From positions 1 through 57,234 of the forward strand of contig JBKPQY010000036.1 of NCBI GenBank assembly GCA_046734315.1: DNA of 57,234 nt. The letters are read 5' to 3'. This document shows positions 26,517 to 36,169 of this stretch, one piece after another. The notes under the pieces are model-generated. The model made no database searches. It was not told the DNA's origin and saw only the letters and a program-made list of their open reading frames with translations. Source of the stretch: Actinomycetota bacterium (GTDB lineage Bacteria > Actinomycetota > Actinomycetes > Mycobacteriales > Jatrophihabitantaceae). The translations under genes and the position numbers were made by a program. Numbering within the stretch: position 1 is the first letter of the stretch; every line of letters starts with the position of its first letter.

Positions 26517-28496
26517 TCAGAAGACGTACACCGTGATTGTGTCGCCGCGATGCACCGGCGTTCCGGACGCCGGGTCGAGCTGGAACACGGTGCCGGAGGA
26601 GCCGCCCAGGATCTCGCGCACCTTCACCTTCAGTCCCGCGTCCTCGAGCGTCTTGCGCGCCTGGTCGACAGGCGTGCCGGTGGCAACGTCCGGCACGGTG
26701 ACCGTCTCGGAGCCCTTGGACACCGTGATCGTGACGGTGTGCCCCTTCTCCAGGTGCGAGCCGGCGCCCGGGTCCTGCGAGATCACCGTGCCCTGGTCGA
26801 CGCTGTCGCTGAACTGCCGGTCGACGTTCACGTCGAACCCCGCGTTCTGCAGCTGATTCGCGGCGTCGTCCTGGCTCTGGCCGGTGATGTCAGGCACGGT
26901 CAGCAGCTGCGGGCCGCTGGACACGATGAGCGTCACCGGTGTGTGAGCGCGAACCTGGGTACCCGCGGCCGGCGAGGTGCCGATCACGTGATCTTTCGCG
27001 ACGTTGTCGTCGAAGCGCTGCGTGGTGCTGACGTCGACGGGCAACGCGCCGAGTGCGTCTGTGGCGTCGCCCTGCGACTTTCCCCGCAGCTGCGGGATCT
27101 CGTAGAGCCTCGGGCCGAGCGAGATCAACAGCGTGACGTGGCCGTGCCGGCGCACTTGGCTCCCGGCTCCCGGTCGCGTGCCGACCGCCTGGCCCTCCGG
27201 GACGTTCTCGTCGTTGACCTCGCTGGTCGTGACGTTGAAACCGGCACGATGCAGCGCCGCCAGGGCAGTTGCCTGGGGCTCGCCACCGACGGCCGGCACC
27301 CGGGCGAAGCGTCCTGCGACGAGCCACCACCCGGTGAACCCCGCACCGGCGCCGATCAGCAGGAAAACCAGAAGGATGATCAGGAGGCCACGGCGGCGCT
27401 TGCGGCGACTCGTGGCAAGGGGCGACTGGCCTGTCGGCCCGCGCGGCGGGGTCAGCGGCAGCGGGGAGGGCGGCGGCACGAGGCCGGGCGGGCTGCCCAC
27501 CGCCGTGTGGTGCACGCCGGAGCCAGGAGCCAGGCGCTGGGTAGTGCCCACGTCGGGCGCAGCAGCGGTGTCTGCGGTGGCGCTCGGCTGGTTGCCGTTC
27601 GGGCGGGGGCGGGCGGGCACCGGCACCACCGGCAGGTTCAGCTCGGCGCGCACGTCTGCCAGTTCGGCGAGGAAGGCGCCGGCGTCACTCGGACGCCCTG
27701 CGGGATCACTGTCGGTGGCGCGCACCACCAGGTCGTCCAGCTGCGCGGCGATGCCCGGGACCTGCGACGACGGCGCCGGCACCCTGGAGTGCACGTGCTG
27801 GTAGGCGACCGCCATCGCGGTGTCGCCGACATAGGGCGTTTGGCCGGTGAGCAGCTCGTAGAGGACGATGCCCGCCGAGTAGACGTCGGACCGCTGGTCG
27901 GTGTTCCCCCGGGTCACCTGCTCCGGCGAGCAGTAGGCGACGGTGCCCATCATCACCCCGGCCTGCGTGGCGGTGCCCTCGGCGCCCACTGCGCGGGCGA
28001 GACCGAAGTCGGCGACCTTCACCACGCCGTCGTCGGACAGCAGGATGTTCTCGGGCTTCACATCGCGGTGCACCAGGCCGGCGCGGTGCGCCACCGCGAG
28101 CGCGGCGAGAACCGGCTCCATGATCGAGACCGCCTCGGCGGACCGGAGCCTGCCGCGCTCGCGCAGCAGGTCGCGCAGCGTGCGGCCGCTGACCAGTTCC
28201 ATGACCAGGTAGACGAGGCGCCCGTACGCCGTGTCCTCCGAGCCCTGGTCGTAGACGGCAACCGTGTTGATGTGCGAGAGCTTCGCCGAGGCACGGGCCT
28301 CGCGCGTGAACCGGTCGGCGAACTCGGGATCGGCGGACAGCCCACTGGACATGATTTTGACCGCGACGAGGCGGTCGAGCCGCTCGTCGACGGCCCGATA
28401 TACCGTCGACATCCCGCCGCGGGCGATCCGAGCGCGGATCCTGTATCTGCCGTCGAGGAGGCGGCCGACCAGCGGATCTGCGGTGGCCGTCTGCAC
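26517..28496 (-). CDS. Ser/Thr protein kinase with four extracellular PASTA domains
   Basis: Kinase motifs VAVK, HRDVKPENILL, DFG and SPEQ. Pro-rich juxtamembrane region, one TM helix (LLIILLVFLLIGAGAGFTGWWLV) and four PASTA repeats ending ISLGP / VSSGP / VSKGS / VYVF. Confidence 0.9.
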   Translation of the reverse strand: MQTATADPLVGRLLDGRYRIRARIARGGMSTVYRAVDERLDRLVAVKIMSSGLSADPEFADRFTREARASAKLSHINTVAVYDQGSEDTAYGRLVYLVMELVSGRTLRDLLRERGRLRSAEAVSIMEPVLAALAVAHRAGLVHRDVKPENILLSDDGVVKVADFGLARAVGAEGTATQAGVMMGTVAYCSPEQVTRGNTDQRSDVYSAGIVLYELLTGQTPYVGDTAMAVAYQHVHSRVPAPSSQVPGIAAQLDDLVVRATDSDPAGRPSDAGAFLAELADVRAELNLPVVPVPARPRPNGNQPSATADTAAAPDVGTTQRLAPGSGVHHTAVGSPPGLVPPPSPLPLTPPRGPTGQSPLATSRRKRRRGLLIILLVFLLIGAGAGFTGWWLVAGRFARVPAVGGEPQATALAALHRAGFNVTTSEVNDENVPEGQAVGTRPGAGSQVRRHGHVTLLISLGPRLYEIPQLRGKSQGDATDALGALPVDVSTTQRFDDNVAKDHVIGTSPAAGTQVRAHTPVTLIVSSGPQLLTVPDITGQSQDDAANQLQNAGFDVNVDRQFSDSVDQGTVISQDPGAGSHLEKGHTVTITVSKGSETVTVPDVATGTPVDQARKTLEDAGLKVKVREILGGSSGTVFQLDPASGTPVHRGDTITVYVF

Positions 28497-28599
28497 ACCG
28501 GGATTCTAGATGTCGGGCGCCTCTTTTCCCGCCTGCGCGAATCCGTGTCTGCACCGTGCCTATTCCGGCTACGCGGATCTCCGTCTCCACCACTCGCTG

Positions 28600-28690
28600 G
28601 CGCTCGGGTGGACCCGGATCTCCGCACGCGCCTGCGGCGCGCCCGCATCGCGGCGCCGGGCTCTTCGCGCGAGCGCTCATCGCGCGATGG
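28600..28690 (-). repeat. copy (reverse orientation, 5' part) of the intergenic repeat family
   Basis: CTCTTCGCGCGAGCGCTCATCGC (28661-28683) is the reverse complement of the GATGAGCGCTCGCGCGAAGAG core. It is preceded by the hairpin CGCGCC-tgc-GGCGCG. Confidence 0.7.
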
Positions 28691-28730
28691 CTCCACCCGG
28701 TCGCAAGCGCTGATCGTTAGCCTGGGCATC

Positions 28731-29564
28731 GTGCATGCGGTGCCGGTCGGGTCGGGAGTGGCCGAACTGCTTGCCGATGCCGACCGTCCCGGGGGCTGGC
28801 TGCTCCTGGTCGACCGGATCCGGCAGTCGTATGTGGACCTCGACGATCCGACGTACCTCGACTTCGAGTATTTGCGCAGCATGGCTGACGTCGTGGACGC
28901 GCTGCCCCCCGGCCCGATCACAGTCGTCCATGTCGGGGGCGGTGGGTGCACGTTCGCGCGCTATGTCGCAGCGACGCGCCCCGGGTCGTCGCAGGTCGTA
29001 TTGGAGCCGGACACCGCGCTGGTCGAGCTGGTGCGGGACCGGCTGCCGTTGCCGCGCGGCGCCCGGATCCGGGTGCGGCCACAGTCCGGCCGGGACGGCG
29101 TGCGCGGCATGCACGCCGGCAGCGCCGACGTCATGGTCGTCGACGCGTACCTGGGCGGGCGGGTACCCGGCGAGCTGACGACCCGGGAGTTCCTCGCGGA
29201 CGCGGCCCGCGTGCTGCGCCCCGACGGCGTGCTGCTGGCCAACCTGACCGACGGGCCGCCGCTCGCCTACACCCGGCGCGTCGTCGTGACGGTGCGGGCC
29301 GTGCTACCCCAGCTGCTGCTCACCGGCTCCGGCGGCGTGCTGGGCAAGCGCCGCTACGGCAACCTCGTGCTGGCGGCCAGCCGTGCTCGGTTGCCGCTGC
29401 GGGCGGTCCGGCAGGCGGCCGCGTCGGCGACGTTCCCGACGCGGGTACTGGCCGGTGCGGCACTCGACGGGCTGGTCGGCGCGGACGTGGAGCCGCTGAC
29501 CGATGCGGCGCCGATGCGCTCGCCGCGTCCTCCGGAGGAGGGGTGGCGCGTTGAACCGGACTGA
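28731..29564 (+). CDS. spermidine-synthase-like class I methyltransferase-fold protein
   Basis: This is the C-terminal part of the spurious 1054-aa ORF 26400-29564. ...ITVVHVGGGGCTFARYV...VVDAYLGGRVPGELTTREFL...LRPDGVLLANL resembles the spermidine synthase-like family. Start guessed at in-frame GTG 28731. Confidence 0.6.
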   Translation: MHAVPVGSGVAELLADADRPGGWLLLVDRIRQSYVDLDDPTYLDFEYLRSMADVVDALPPGPITVVHVGGGGCTFARYVAATRPGSSQVVLEPDTALVELVRDRLPLPRGARIRVRPQSGRDGVRGMHAGSADVMVVDAYLGGRVPGELTTREFLADAARVLRPDGVLLANLTDGPPLAYTRRVVVTVRAVLPQLLLTGSGGVLGKRRYGNLVLAASRARLPLRAVRQAAASATFPTRVLAGAALDGLVGADVEPLTDAAPMRSPRPPEEGWRVEPD

Positions 29565-29568
29565 CCGG

Positions 29569-30321
29569 GTGCACACCAACCGCGCGCGCGCCGAGTCGTT
29601 CGGAGCTGTGGCGGAGGCGTACGACCGGGTGCGGCCGAGTTACCCACCGGCGCTCGTCGATGACCTGCTCGCGGGCGCCCCCGCCGACGCGCTCGACGTC
29701 GGCTGCGGTACCGGTAAGGCGGCGCAGCTGCTCGCCGAGCGGGGCGTCCCGGTCCTCGGCGTCGAAGTCGACGTGCGCATGGCAGCGGTCGCCCGCTCGC
29801 ATGGCATCGCCGTCGAAATCGGAACGTTCGAGCGATGGAAGGCGGCCGGGCGCCGCTTCGACCTGATCGCCAGCGGGCAGGCGTGGCACTGGATCGACCC
29901 GGATGCCGGCGCCGCCAAGGCGGCGGCGTTGCTGCGCCCGGGCGGACTGCTTGCCCCGTTCTGGAACTTCTCCTCCATCGACGCCGGCCTGCGCGCGCGC
30001 ATCGACGGCGCGTACGCCCGTGTCGCCCCGCAGGTGACCGACCGGGCCGTCGTACGCGGCGGCGGCCCGGCGACGATCCCACCGGCCGCCGGGCAGCTGC
30101 GCGGAAGCGGACTGTTCGCAAGCGTCGAGCTCCGCCGCTACCCATGGGAGCGCGACTACACCCGTGACGAGTGGCTGGCGCTCATTCGCACACACAGTGA
30201 TCACAGCACACTGCCGGTCGGCCAGCTCGCGGCGCTGCTCGACGCCGTAGGTGAGGCGATCGGCAACCGGCTCGTACACGCCCGCTACGTCACGCAGGCA
30301 ATCTTCGCTCGCCGCGACTGA
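29569..30321 (+). CDS. class I SAM-dependent methyltransferase
   Basis: ALDVGCGTGKAAQLLAERGVPVLGVEVD (motif I) ...ASGQAWHWIDP. Start uncertain: GTG 29569, with the ORF open from 29503. Confidence 0.7.
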   Translation: MHTNRARAESFGAVAEAYDRVRPSYPPALVDDLLAGAPADALDVGCGTGKAAQLLAERGVPVLGVEVDVRMAAVARSHGIAVEIGTFERWKAAGRRFDLIASGQAWHWIDPDAGAAKAAALLRPGGLLAPFWNFSSIDAGLRARIDGAYARVAPQVTDRAVVRGGGPATIPPAAGQLRGSGLFASVELRRYPWERDYTRDEWLALIRTHSDHSTLPVGQLAALLDAVGEAIGNRLVHARYVTQAIFARRD

Positions 30322-30341
30322 GTTGTGGCAGGCTATTCGCC

Positions 30342-30689
30342 ATGCCCGAGGAGGCGCCGGACCTGGAGCTGATCGCTGTCCCCGAGGCTGCACAGGCGCT
30401 GGGCGTCCCACCGAAGCGGATCAGCCAGTGGATGCGCGACGGCGTGTTGCTCGCGGTGCGCGACGTCGAAGGCGAGCGCTGCGTGCCGGCGGCGTTCATA
30501 CAGCAAGGCGCGGTCGTGAAGGGCCTGCCCGGCGTGGTGACGTTGCTTCGTGACGCGGGCTATCAGGACGACGAGATCGTGACCTGGTTGTTCCGCGCGG
30601 ACGAGTCGCTGCCGGGCACGCCCATCCAGGCGCTGCGCGACAATCGCGGCACCGAGGTGAAGCGCCGCGCCCAGGTCGCCGGCTACTGA
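30342..30689 (+). CDS. Rv2175c-family DNA-binding protein (kinase-substrate type)
   Basis: IAVPEAAQALGVPPKRISQWMRDGVLLAVRD...VVKGLPGVVTLLRDAGYQDDEIVTWLF...RRAQVAGY parallels M. tuberculosis Rv2175c, including the C-terminal RRAQ..AY. Confidence 0.75.
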   Translation: MPEEAPDLELIAVPEAAQALGVPPKRISQWMRDGVLLAVRDVEGERCVPAAFIQQGAVVKGLPGVVTLLRDAGYQDDEIVTWLFRADESLPGTPIQALRDNRGTEVKRRAQVAGY

Positions 30690-31021
30690 TGGGCCATTTC
30701 GTCTACCTGGCGTTGCTCACCGGGTGCCTGGTCGGTGCCGCGCCGCTCGAGTTACTCCTCCATACGCAGGTGTATGCGCGCTGGCTCCGTCTGCTGCTCG
30801 CACTCGCGCCGACGGTGGCGATCTTCGCTGCGTGGGACGTGTACGCCATCCACCGTCACCACTGGCGCTACGACCGACAGTGGACTACGGGCGTGACGCT
30901 GCCCGGCAGACTGCCCCTGGAGGAGTTGCTGTTCTTCGTGGTGATCCCCACCTGCGCCATCTTGACGTTGGAAGCGGTGCGCCGGCGGCGTCCACAGTGG
31001 ACGATAGGCGACGAGTCGTGA
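30689..31021 (+). CDS. crtYc: lycopene cyclase domain protein (heterodimeric beta-cyclase subunit)
   Basis: ~110-aa three-TM protein with the PLEELLFF motif (PxE[ED]). Confidence 0.7.
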   Translation: MGHFVYLALLTGCLVGAAPLELLLHTQVYARWLRLLLALAPTVAIFAAWDVYAIHRHHWRYDRQWTTGVTLPGRLPLEELLFFVVIPTCAILTLEAVRRRRPQWTIGDES

Positions 31022-31374
31022 GCTACACGGCACTGGCCATCGCGGGGATCACCGCCGCCGTGCTCGTCGACCTGGCGGTGGTGCGCACACGTCTCCTGCG
31101 CCGAAAGGCGTTCTGGACCGCATACGGCATCGTGTTGTTCTTTCAGCTGATCGTCAACGGCGTTCTTGCGGGGTTGCCCGTCGTGCGCTACGACCCCGCC
31201 GCAATCATCGGCCTGCGCATCGCGTACGCGCCGATCGAGGACGTGGCGTTCGGCTTCGCCATGGTGCTGCTCACGCTCGCCACGTGGGTTGCGCTTGGTC
31301 GTAGCGCCGGGCGACGAGCGCCCCGACCAGGCCACGTGCTGCGACCCCCGCCCGGCGGCCGACCGGTACGGTGA
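31018..31374 (+). CDS. crtYd: lycopene cyclase domain protein (second subunit)
   Basis: GTGA overlap with crtYc. VSYTALAIAGITAAVLVDL...APIEDVAFGFAMVLL (PxE[ED] motif). The 3' end overlaps convergent crtB by 104 nt. Confidence 0.65.
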   Translation: MSYTALAIAGITAAVLVDLAVVRTRLLRRKAFWTAYGIVLFFQLIVNGVLAGLPVVRYDPAAIIGLRIAYAPIEDVAFGFAMVLLTLATWVALGRSAGRRAPRPGHVLRPPPGGRPVR

Positions 31375-32218
31375 GCCGCCCGCCGAACACGTTGTAGTCC
31401 GCCGCTTCAATCTCATCGAGGATGCGGCTGTACAGGGCGGCTGCGGTGCGCAGGCAGTCTCGCGAGGTCGGGTGGACGAGTTCGATGCCCGGGACGGCGC
31501 GCAGGTAAAGGTCGCGCGTCCGGGCGATCTCGGCCGCCAGCAGGTTGCGGATCGGCTCGTCCACGGCTCCGGCGCGCACGGCGCGGCACAGCCGGTCGCG
31601 GTCGACACCGAACCTGGAAAGCGATTCCTGCGGCAGGTAAACGCGTCCCCGCGCCAGATCCTCAGCGATGTCACGCAGGAAGTTGGTGAGCTGGAAGGCT
31701 ATGCCCAGGTCGGCCGCGTACGGTTCCAGCACTTCCCGATCGATCGTCGGGTCGGCCCGTCCGAGGATCGGCAGCATCTCCAGCCCGATCACGGCGGCCG
31801 AGCCCCACATGTAGGCGGCCAGATCGTCATGAGTCTGGTAGCTCGTCGCGGTGAGGTCGGAGCGCATCGCGCTGAGGAAGTCGGCGAAGTACGAATGCGG
31901 GATGTCCCACCGGCCGATCGTGTCGATCACCGCCCGGCACACCGGGTCCACGGATGTGCCGAGTTCGAGGTCGGCGAGGAACTCGGCGCTCCATGCCTCG
32001 AACCGGTCCGCGCGGTCGGGGCCGAAGCCGTCGACGATGTCGTCCGCATAGCGCGCGAACCCGTACAGGGCATGCACGTACGGGCGCTTGGCGGGCGGCA
32101 GGAGCAGCGTGGCCAGGTAGTACGTCTTGCCATGTGCAGCGTTGAGCCGCCGGCACAACTGGTAACCATTCGCCAGATGGCGCGACGTGATGCCCGCTGC
32201 CACCAGCGCGCGCCTCAT
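31271..32218 (-). CDS. crtB: phytoene synthase
   Basis: Starts at MRRALVAAG (ATGA overlap with the crtI stop). YYLATLLLPP, YGFARYADDIVD and FQLTNFLRDIAEDLARGRVYLP signatures. The longer ORF to 32830 lies inside crtI. Confidence 0.85.
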   Translation of the reverse strand: MRRALVAAGITSRHLANGYQLCRRLNAAHGKTYYLATLLLPPAKRPYVHALYGFARYADDIVDGFGPDRADRFEAWSAEFLADLELGTSVDPVCRAVIDTIGRWDIPHSYFADFLSAMRSDLTATSYQTHDDLAAYMWGSAAVIGLEMLPILGRADPTIDREVLEPYAADLGIAFQLTNFLRDIAEDLARGRVYLPQESLSRFGVDRDRLCRAVRAGAVDEPIRNLLAAEIARTRDLYLRAVPGIELVHPTSRDCLRTAAALYSRILDEIEAADYNVFGGRLTVPVGRRAGVAARGLVGALVARRYDQAQPTWRA

Positions 32219-33639
32219 GCCGCCATCGTGACAGTCCCGGTAACCCGCGCAGCGGCCAGTCGTCCCGACACCAGTGCCATCGGCACGCCGACGCCGGGCT
32301 GCACGTTCGCGCCGCACCGCACGAGGTTCTCGACTCGGCGATCGAGCGTCGGCAGCCGGAACGGACCGGTCTGCGCCACGGTGTGCGCCGCGCCGAACGG
32401 CGTGCCGGCGGGGTAGCCCCGGGCGGCCCAGTCCGCGGGTGTCGTCAGATGTTGCACGTCGGGATCGAGACCGACCTCCTCGAGCATGCGCTCGGCGTAG
32501 GGCGCCGCTTCCGTTTCCCAGTCGATCGGCACGGGGTGGGCCAGGTTCGGTGCGGGAAACAGCACATAATGCGCGTGCGCGCCGGGCGGTGCGAGGGCCG
32601 GGTCGGTCACCGTAGGCGTGGTGCGCAGGAACGACGGATCGCTCATCGGCCTTCCGCGCCGGATGATCTCGTCGAACGTCGATCGCCAGGCGGCTCCGAA
32701 CGAGAGTGTGTGATGGGCGTCCGCGGTGCCCGACCGTACGCCGGCGAGCAGCACGACGCAGGACGGCGCGTAGCGCGCCCGCAGCCGATCCGGCGGGCGA
32801 TTGTCGACGACAACGTCGGCAGGGATGCACTCACCGCCCTTCGTCACCACTGCTCCTGCTCGGCCGTCGCGGATCTCGAGGCGTTCCGCCGCAATACCGT
32901 AGCGTATGGTCACGCCGTGCCGACTGGCGGCGGCGGCCAGCGCCTGAGGCACAGCGTGCACGCCGCCGATCGGGAAGTAGACGCCGGCCACGGCGTCCAG
33001 GTAGGCGATCACCCCGTACAGGGCGAGGGCCTGCGCCGGTGCCAGCCCGGCGTACATCGACTGGAACGTGAACAGGCGCCGCAGCCGGTCGTCGTGTACG
33101 AACGACGCGATCTTCGGGGCCAGCCGACGGAAGCCACCGAGGGCGATCAGCCGCAGCAGCGGGCGGCCGAGCAGAGCGAGTGGCGAGTCCAGGTTCCGGG
33201 CGATGAAATGCGGCATCTCGACGGCGTAAAGCTCGCGCAGCCAGGCGACGAGGCGGCGATATCCGTCAGCCTCGCGCGGCCCACAGACGGCCGCGACCTC
33301 GCCTGCCATAGCGTCGATGTCGGCGTGTACGTCCAGCATCGAGTCGTCGGCGAACCGGGCGCGGTAAGCCGGGTCGAGCCGGCGCAGGTCGAGTGTCATC
33401 TCCTCGCCGACGGCGGCAAGCGTCTCGGCGAGTAGCCACGGCGCGGTGAGCACGGTCGGACCCGTGTCGAACCTGAACCCGCGATCGCACAGTAGGCCGG
33501 CGTGCCCTCCCGGGCCGTCCGTACGCTCCAGTACGGTTACCTGGCGACCGGCTCCGGCGAGGTGCAGCGCCGCCGCGAGCCCGCCGAGGCCCGCCCCGAT
33601 GACGACGACACGATCCGTACGCCCGGGAACGGTCCTCAC
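32215..33639 (-). CDS. crtI: phytoene desaturase
   Basis: VVVIGAGLGGLAAALHLAGAGRQVTVLE dinucleotide fold; CrtI-length protein. GTG 33639 overlaps the idsA stop (GTGA). Confidence 0.85.
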   Translation of the reverse strand: MRTVPGRTDRVVVIGAGLGGLAAALHLAGAGRQVTVLERTDGPGGHAGLLCDRGFRFDTGPTVLTAPWLLAETLAAVGEEMTLDLRRLDPAYRARFADDSMLDVHADIDAMAGEVAAVCGPREADGYRRLVAWLRELYAVEMPHFIARNLDSPLALLGRPLLRLIALGGFRRLAPKIASFVHDDRLRRLFTFQSMYAGLAPAQALALYGVIAYLDAVAGVYFPIGGVHAVPQALAAAASRHGVTIRYGIAAERLEIRDGRAGAVVTKGGECIPADVVVDNRPPDRLRARYAPSCVVLLAGVRSGTADAHHTLSFGAAWRSTFDEIIRRGRPMSDPSFLRTTPTVTDPALAPPGAHAHYVLFPAPNLAHPVPIDWETEAAPYAERMLEEVGLDPDVQHLTTPADWAARGYPAGTPFGAAHTVAQTGPFRLPTLDRRVENLVRCGANVQPGVGVPMALVSGRLAAARVTGTVTMAA

Positions 33640-34697
33640 GTGTGGCGCTCGGTGGCGAGCACGGCGAGCCCATCGAGCACGTTGCGGGTGTCGTCGGAGA
33701 TTGCCGGCGTGTCCAGTGCGGCACGCGCCCGCGCGGTTCGCTCGCCGATGCGGGCCTCGACGCGATCCAGTGCGCCTGTCGCGACGATCACGTCGCACAG
33801 CGCCGCCGCGCCCGCCTCGTCGAGGTCACGATCGCCGAGGCCCGCACGCAGCAGCCGCGCCTGATCCGGGTCGGCGGCGTCCATCGCCAGCGCCACCAGC
33901 ATGGTGCGCTTGCCCTCACGCAGGTCATCGCCGATCGGCTTGCCGGTACGTCCCGGATCGCCGAACACGCCGAGCACGTCGTCGCGCAGCTGGAATGCCT
34001 CGCCGAGCGGCAGGCCGTAGCCGCGCAGCGCCGCGACCACCTCAGGTGCTGCGCCGGCGGCGGCCGCGCCGAACTGCAACGGTCCCTCGACGGTGTACTT
34101 GCTCGTCTTGTACTCCGCGACGCGCTGCGCGTCCTCGATCGAGAAGTCGCCGCGGGCCTGGACGAGCATGTCCAGGTACTGACCGGCCATGACCTGCTGA
34201 CGCATGTCGTCATAGACGGCGCGCGCCCTGCGGCCCTCGGCGGAGCTGAAGCCGGCGGCGGCGAACATCGCGTCGGCCCAGGACAGCAGCAAGTCACCGA
34301 CGACGATCGCTGCCGCAGTGCCGAATACGCGCGCGTCGCCGGTGAACGCGCCGCGGGCGTGCATCGCGGTGAACGCGGCGTGCACCGAGGGGCGACCCCG
34401 GCGGGTGCCTGAGCCGTCCATCACGTCGTCGTGGATGAGTGCGCAGCCGTGCAACAGTTCCAGGCTGGCCGCCGCCGTGATCATCGGCGCGTCGCCGGAC
34501 GAGTCCCGCACGCAGCGCCAGCCGCAGTAGGCGAACATGGGGCGCAGCCGCTTGCCGCCGTCCAGCACGAAGCTGCGCGCGATCTCGGCCAGCGCGTTCA
34601 GATCGTGGCCGAGGTCTGACAGCCGGGCGGCGCGCGCGTCGAAGAAGGTGCCCAGTTCCGCGTCGACCCGCGCGACTACGCTGCCCAGGTCGATCAC
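33636..34697 (-). CDS. idsA: polyprenyl (geranylgeranyl) diphosphate synthase
   Basis: Aspartate-rich motifs [10 protein letters not shown] and FQLRDDVLG. Start trimmed to GTG 34697; the rest of the 632-aa ORF is antisense to metF. Confidence 0.85.
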   Translation of the reverse strand: MIDLGSVVARVDAELGTFFDARAARLSDLGHDLNALAEIARSFVLDGGKRLRPMFAYCGWRCVRDSSGDAPMITAAASLELLHGCALIHDDVMDGSGTRRGRPSVHAAFTAMHARGAFTGDARVFGTAAAIVVGDLLLSWADAMFAAAGFSSAEGRRARAVYDDMRQQVMAGQYLDMLVQARGDFSIEDAQRVAEYKTSKYTVEGPLQFGAAAAGAAPEVVAALRGYGLPLGEAFQLRDDVLGVFGDPGRTGKPIGDDLREGKRTMLVALAMDAADPDQARLLRAGLGDRDLDEAGAAALCDVIVATGALDRVEARIGERTARARAALDTPAISDDTRNVLDGLAVLATERHT

Positions 34698-34721
34698 AGC
34701 GCGGACATTACGCTGATCCGC

Positions 34722-35606
34722 ATGCCACGCACGGTACGCGACGTCCTGGCCTCCGGGCAGCGCACGTTCTCCTTCGAGTTCTTTCCGCCGAAGACGCCCG
34801 ACGACGACCGGCTGCTGTGGCAGACCATCCGCGAACTCGAGTCGCTGCATCCGTCGTTCGTGTCTGTTACCTACGGCGCCGGCGGCAGCACCCGCGACCA
34901 CACCATCGAGATCGTCGAGCAGATCGCGTCCGACACGACATTGCTGCCGGTGGCCCACCTGACCGCGGTCAACCACTCCGTGGCCGAGCTGCGGGCGATC
35001 ATCGGGCGCTTCGCCGATGTCGGCGTGGTGAACATGCTGGCCATTCGCGGCGACCCGCCGGGCGATCCGATGGGGGAGTGGATCAAGCACCCCGAGGGAC
35101 TGAGTTACGCCTGCGAACTGGTCGAGATGCTGCGCGCGCACGGTGACTTCAGCGTTGGCGTCGCCGCGTTCCCGTACAAGCATCCCCGCTCGGCCACCGT
35201 CGAAGAGGACACCGCGCGGTTCGTGGAGAAGTGCCGGGCCGGGGCGGACTACGCGGTGACGCAGATGTTCTTCGATGCGGACGAGTATCTGCGGCTGCGT
35301 GATCGGGTGGCCGCTGTCGGCGGCCAGGTGCCGATCATTGCCGGGATCATGCCCGTCACGACTATGCGCACGATCGAGCGCTCCGAGCAGCTTTCCGGCG
35401 CACCGTTTCCGCCGGCGCTGGCGGCCAAGTTCTCGGCGATAGCGGATGATCCGAAGGCGGTGCGCGCGCTGGGCATCGAGGAGTGCTCGGGGCTGGCGCA
35501 ACGGCTGCTCGACGAAGGCGTGCCTGGGATCCACTTCATCACGTTCAACCGCTCCAAGGCCACCCGCGAGGTATGGGCCAACCTGCGAATCACCGCGACG
35601 ACCTGA
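34722..35606 (+). CDS. metF: methylenetetrahydrofolate reductase
   Basis: [20 protein letters not shown] and LAIRGDPP. Synteny with idsA matches Rv2173/Rv2172c. Confidence 0.85.
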   Translation: MPRTVRDVLASGQRTFSFEFFPPKTPDDDRLLWQTIRELESLHPSFVSVTYGAGGSTRDHTIEIVEQIASDTTLLPVAHLTAVNHSVAELRAIIGRFADVGVVNMLAIRGDPPGDPMGEWIKHPEGLSYACELVEMLRAHGDFSVGVAAFPYKHPRSATVEEDTARFVEKCRAGADYAVTQMFFDADEYLRLRDRVAAVGGQVPIIAGIMPVTTMRTIERSEQLSGAPFPPALAAKFSAIADDPKAVRALGIEECSGLAQRLLDEGVPGIHFITFNRSKATREVWANLRITATT

Positions 35607-36169
35607 TCCAGGCCTGGTCCGCGGTGCACCGCGGGCTGCGGCCGTCTGCGCTCGTGCGCTACTGGCTGGCGCTCATGTGGACGCTGGCCCGGCCGCTCGT
35701 CGCCGCCCGCGTACCGCCGGCGGCGATCACGCTGGCGGGCGTTGTGCTCGCCGTCGACGCGCTCCTCTTCGCTGCCCGGCTGCCGCTCGTGGCGTTGGCG
35801 CTCGTGCTGGCCGCGGCGCTGTGCGACGGGCTCGACGGTGCGGTTGCCTTGCTCCAGGGCCGGACCACGCGGGCCGGCGCCGTCGCTGACACGATCGCGG
35901 ACCGAATCGCCGACACGGCGTTCGCGCTGGTGATGTGGCAAGCCGGCGCGCCGCTGTGGCTGGCCCTGCTCGCGGCCGCGCTCTCCATCGGGCTGGAGTC
36001 CGCCCGACGGCGCCCGCTGATCACTGTGGCCGAGCGGCCTACCCGGGTGATCTGCACGGCCCTCGCCTGCCTCAGTGCTGCGGTCAGCGACGCGAACTGG
36101 CCGCCCACGGTGTGCGCCGCCGTCTGGGTGGCGGCCACGCTCGTCGCGCTCGTTCAGATCAGGTCGTAG
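35573..36169 (+). CDS. CDP-alcohol phosphatidyltransferase family protein
   Basis: [30 protein letters not shown] fits DG(x2)AR(x8)G(x3)D(x3)D. The protein is multi-TM. Start taken at ATG 35573. Confidence 0.7.
   Translation: MGQPANHRDDLIQAWSAVHRGLRPSALVRYWLALMWTLARPLVAARVPPAAITLAGVVLAVDALLFAARLPLVALALVLAAALCDGLDGAVALLQGRTTRAGAVADTIADRIADTAFALVMWQAGAPLWLALLAAALSIGLESARRRPLITVAERPTRVICTALACLSAAVSDANWPPTVCAAVWVAATLVALVQIRS

Noticed and set aside
26400-28730. N-terminal ~775 aa of the 1054-aa plus-strand ORF 26400-29564
   Set aside because: This part is entirely antisense to the PASTA kinase and has no motifs. Only the last ~277 aa, from GTG 28731, look like a real protein (spermidine-synthase-like).
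34698-35534. N-terminal extensions of minus-strand ORFs (idsA to 35534, crtI to 33798, crtB to 32830, crtD-like to 39437, GT2 to 40231, cysH to 43690, transglutaminase to 52437)
   Set aside because: The extensions overlap the upstream genes and are Arg-rich junk. In each case an in-frame ATG or GTG forms a 4-nt ATGA/GTGA overlap with the preceding stop and is followed immediately by the family-typical N-terminus.
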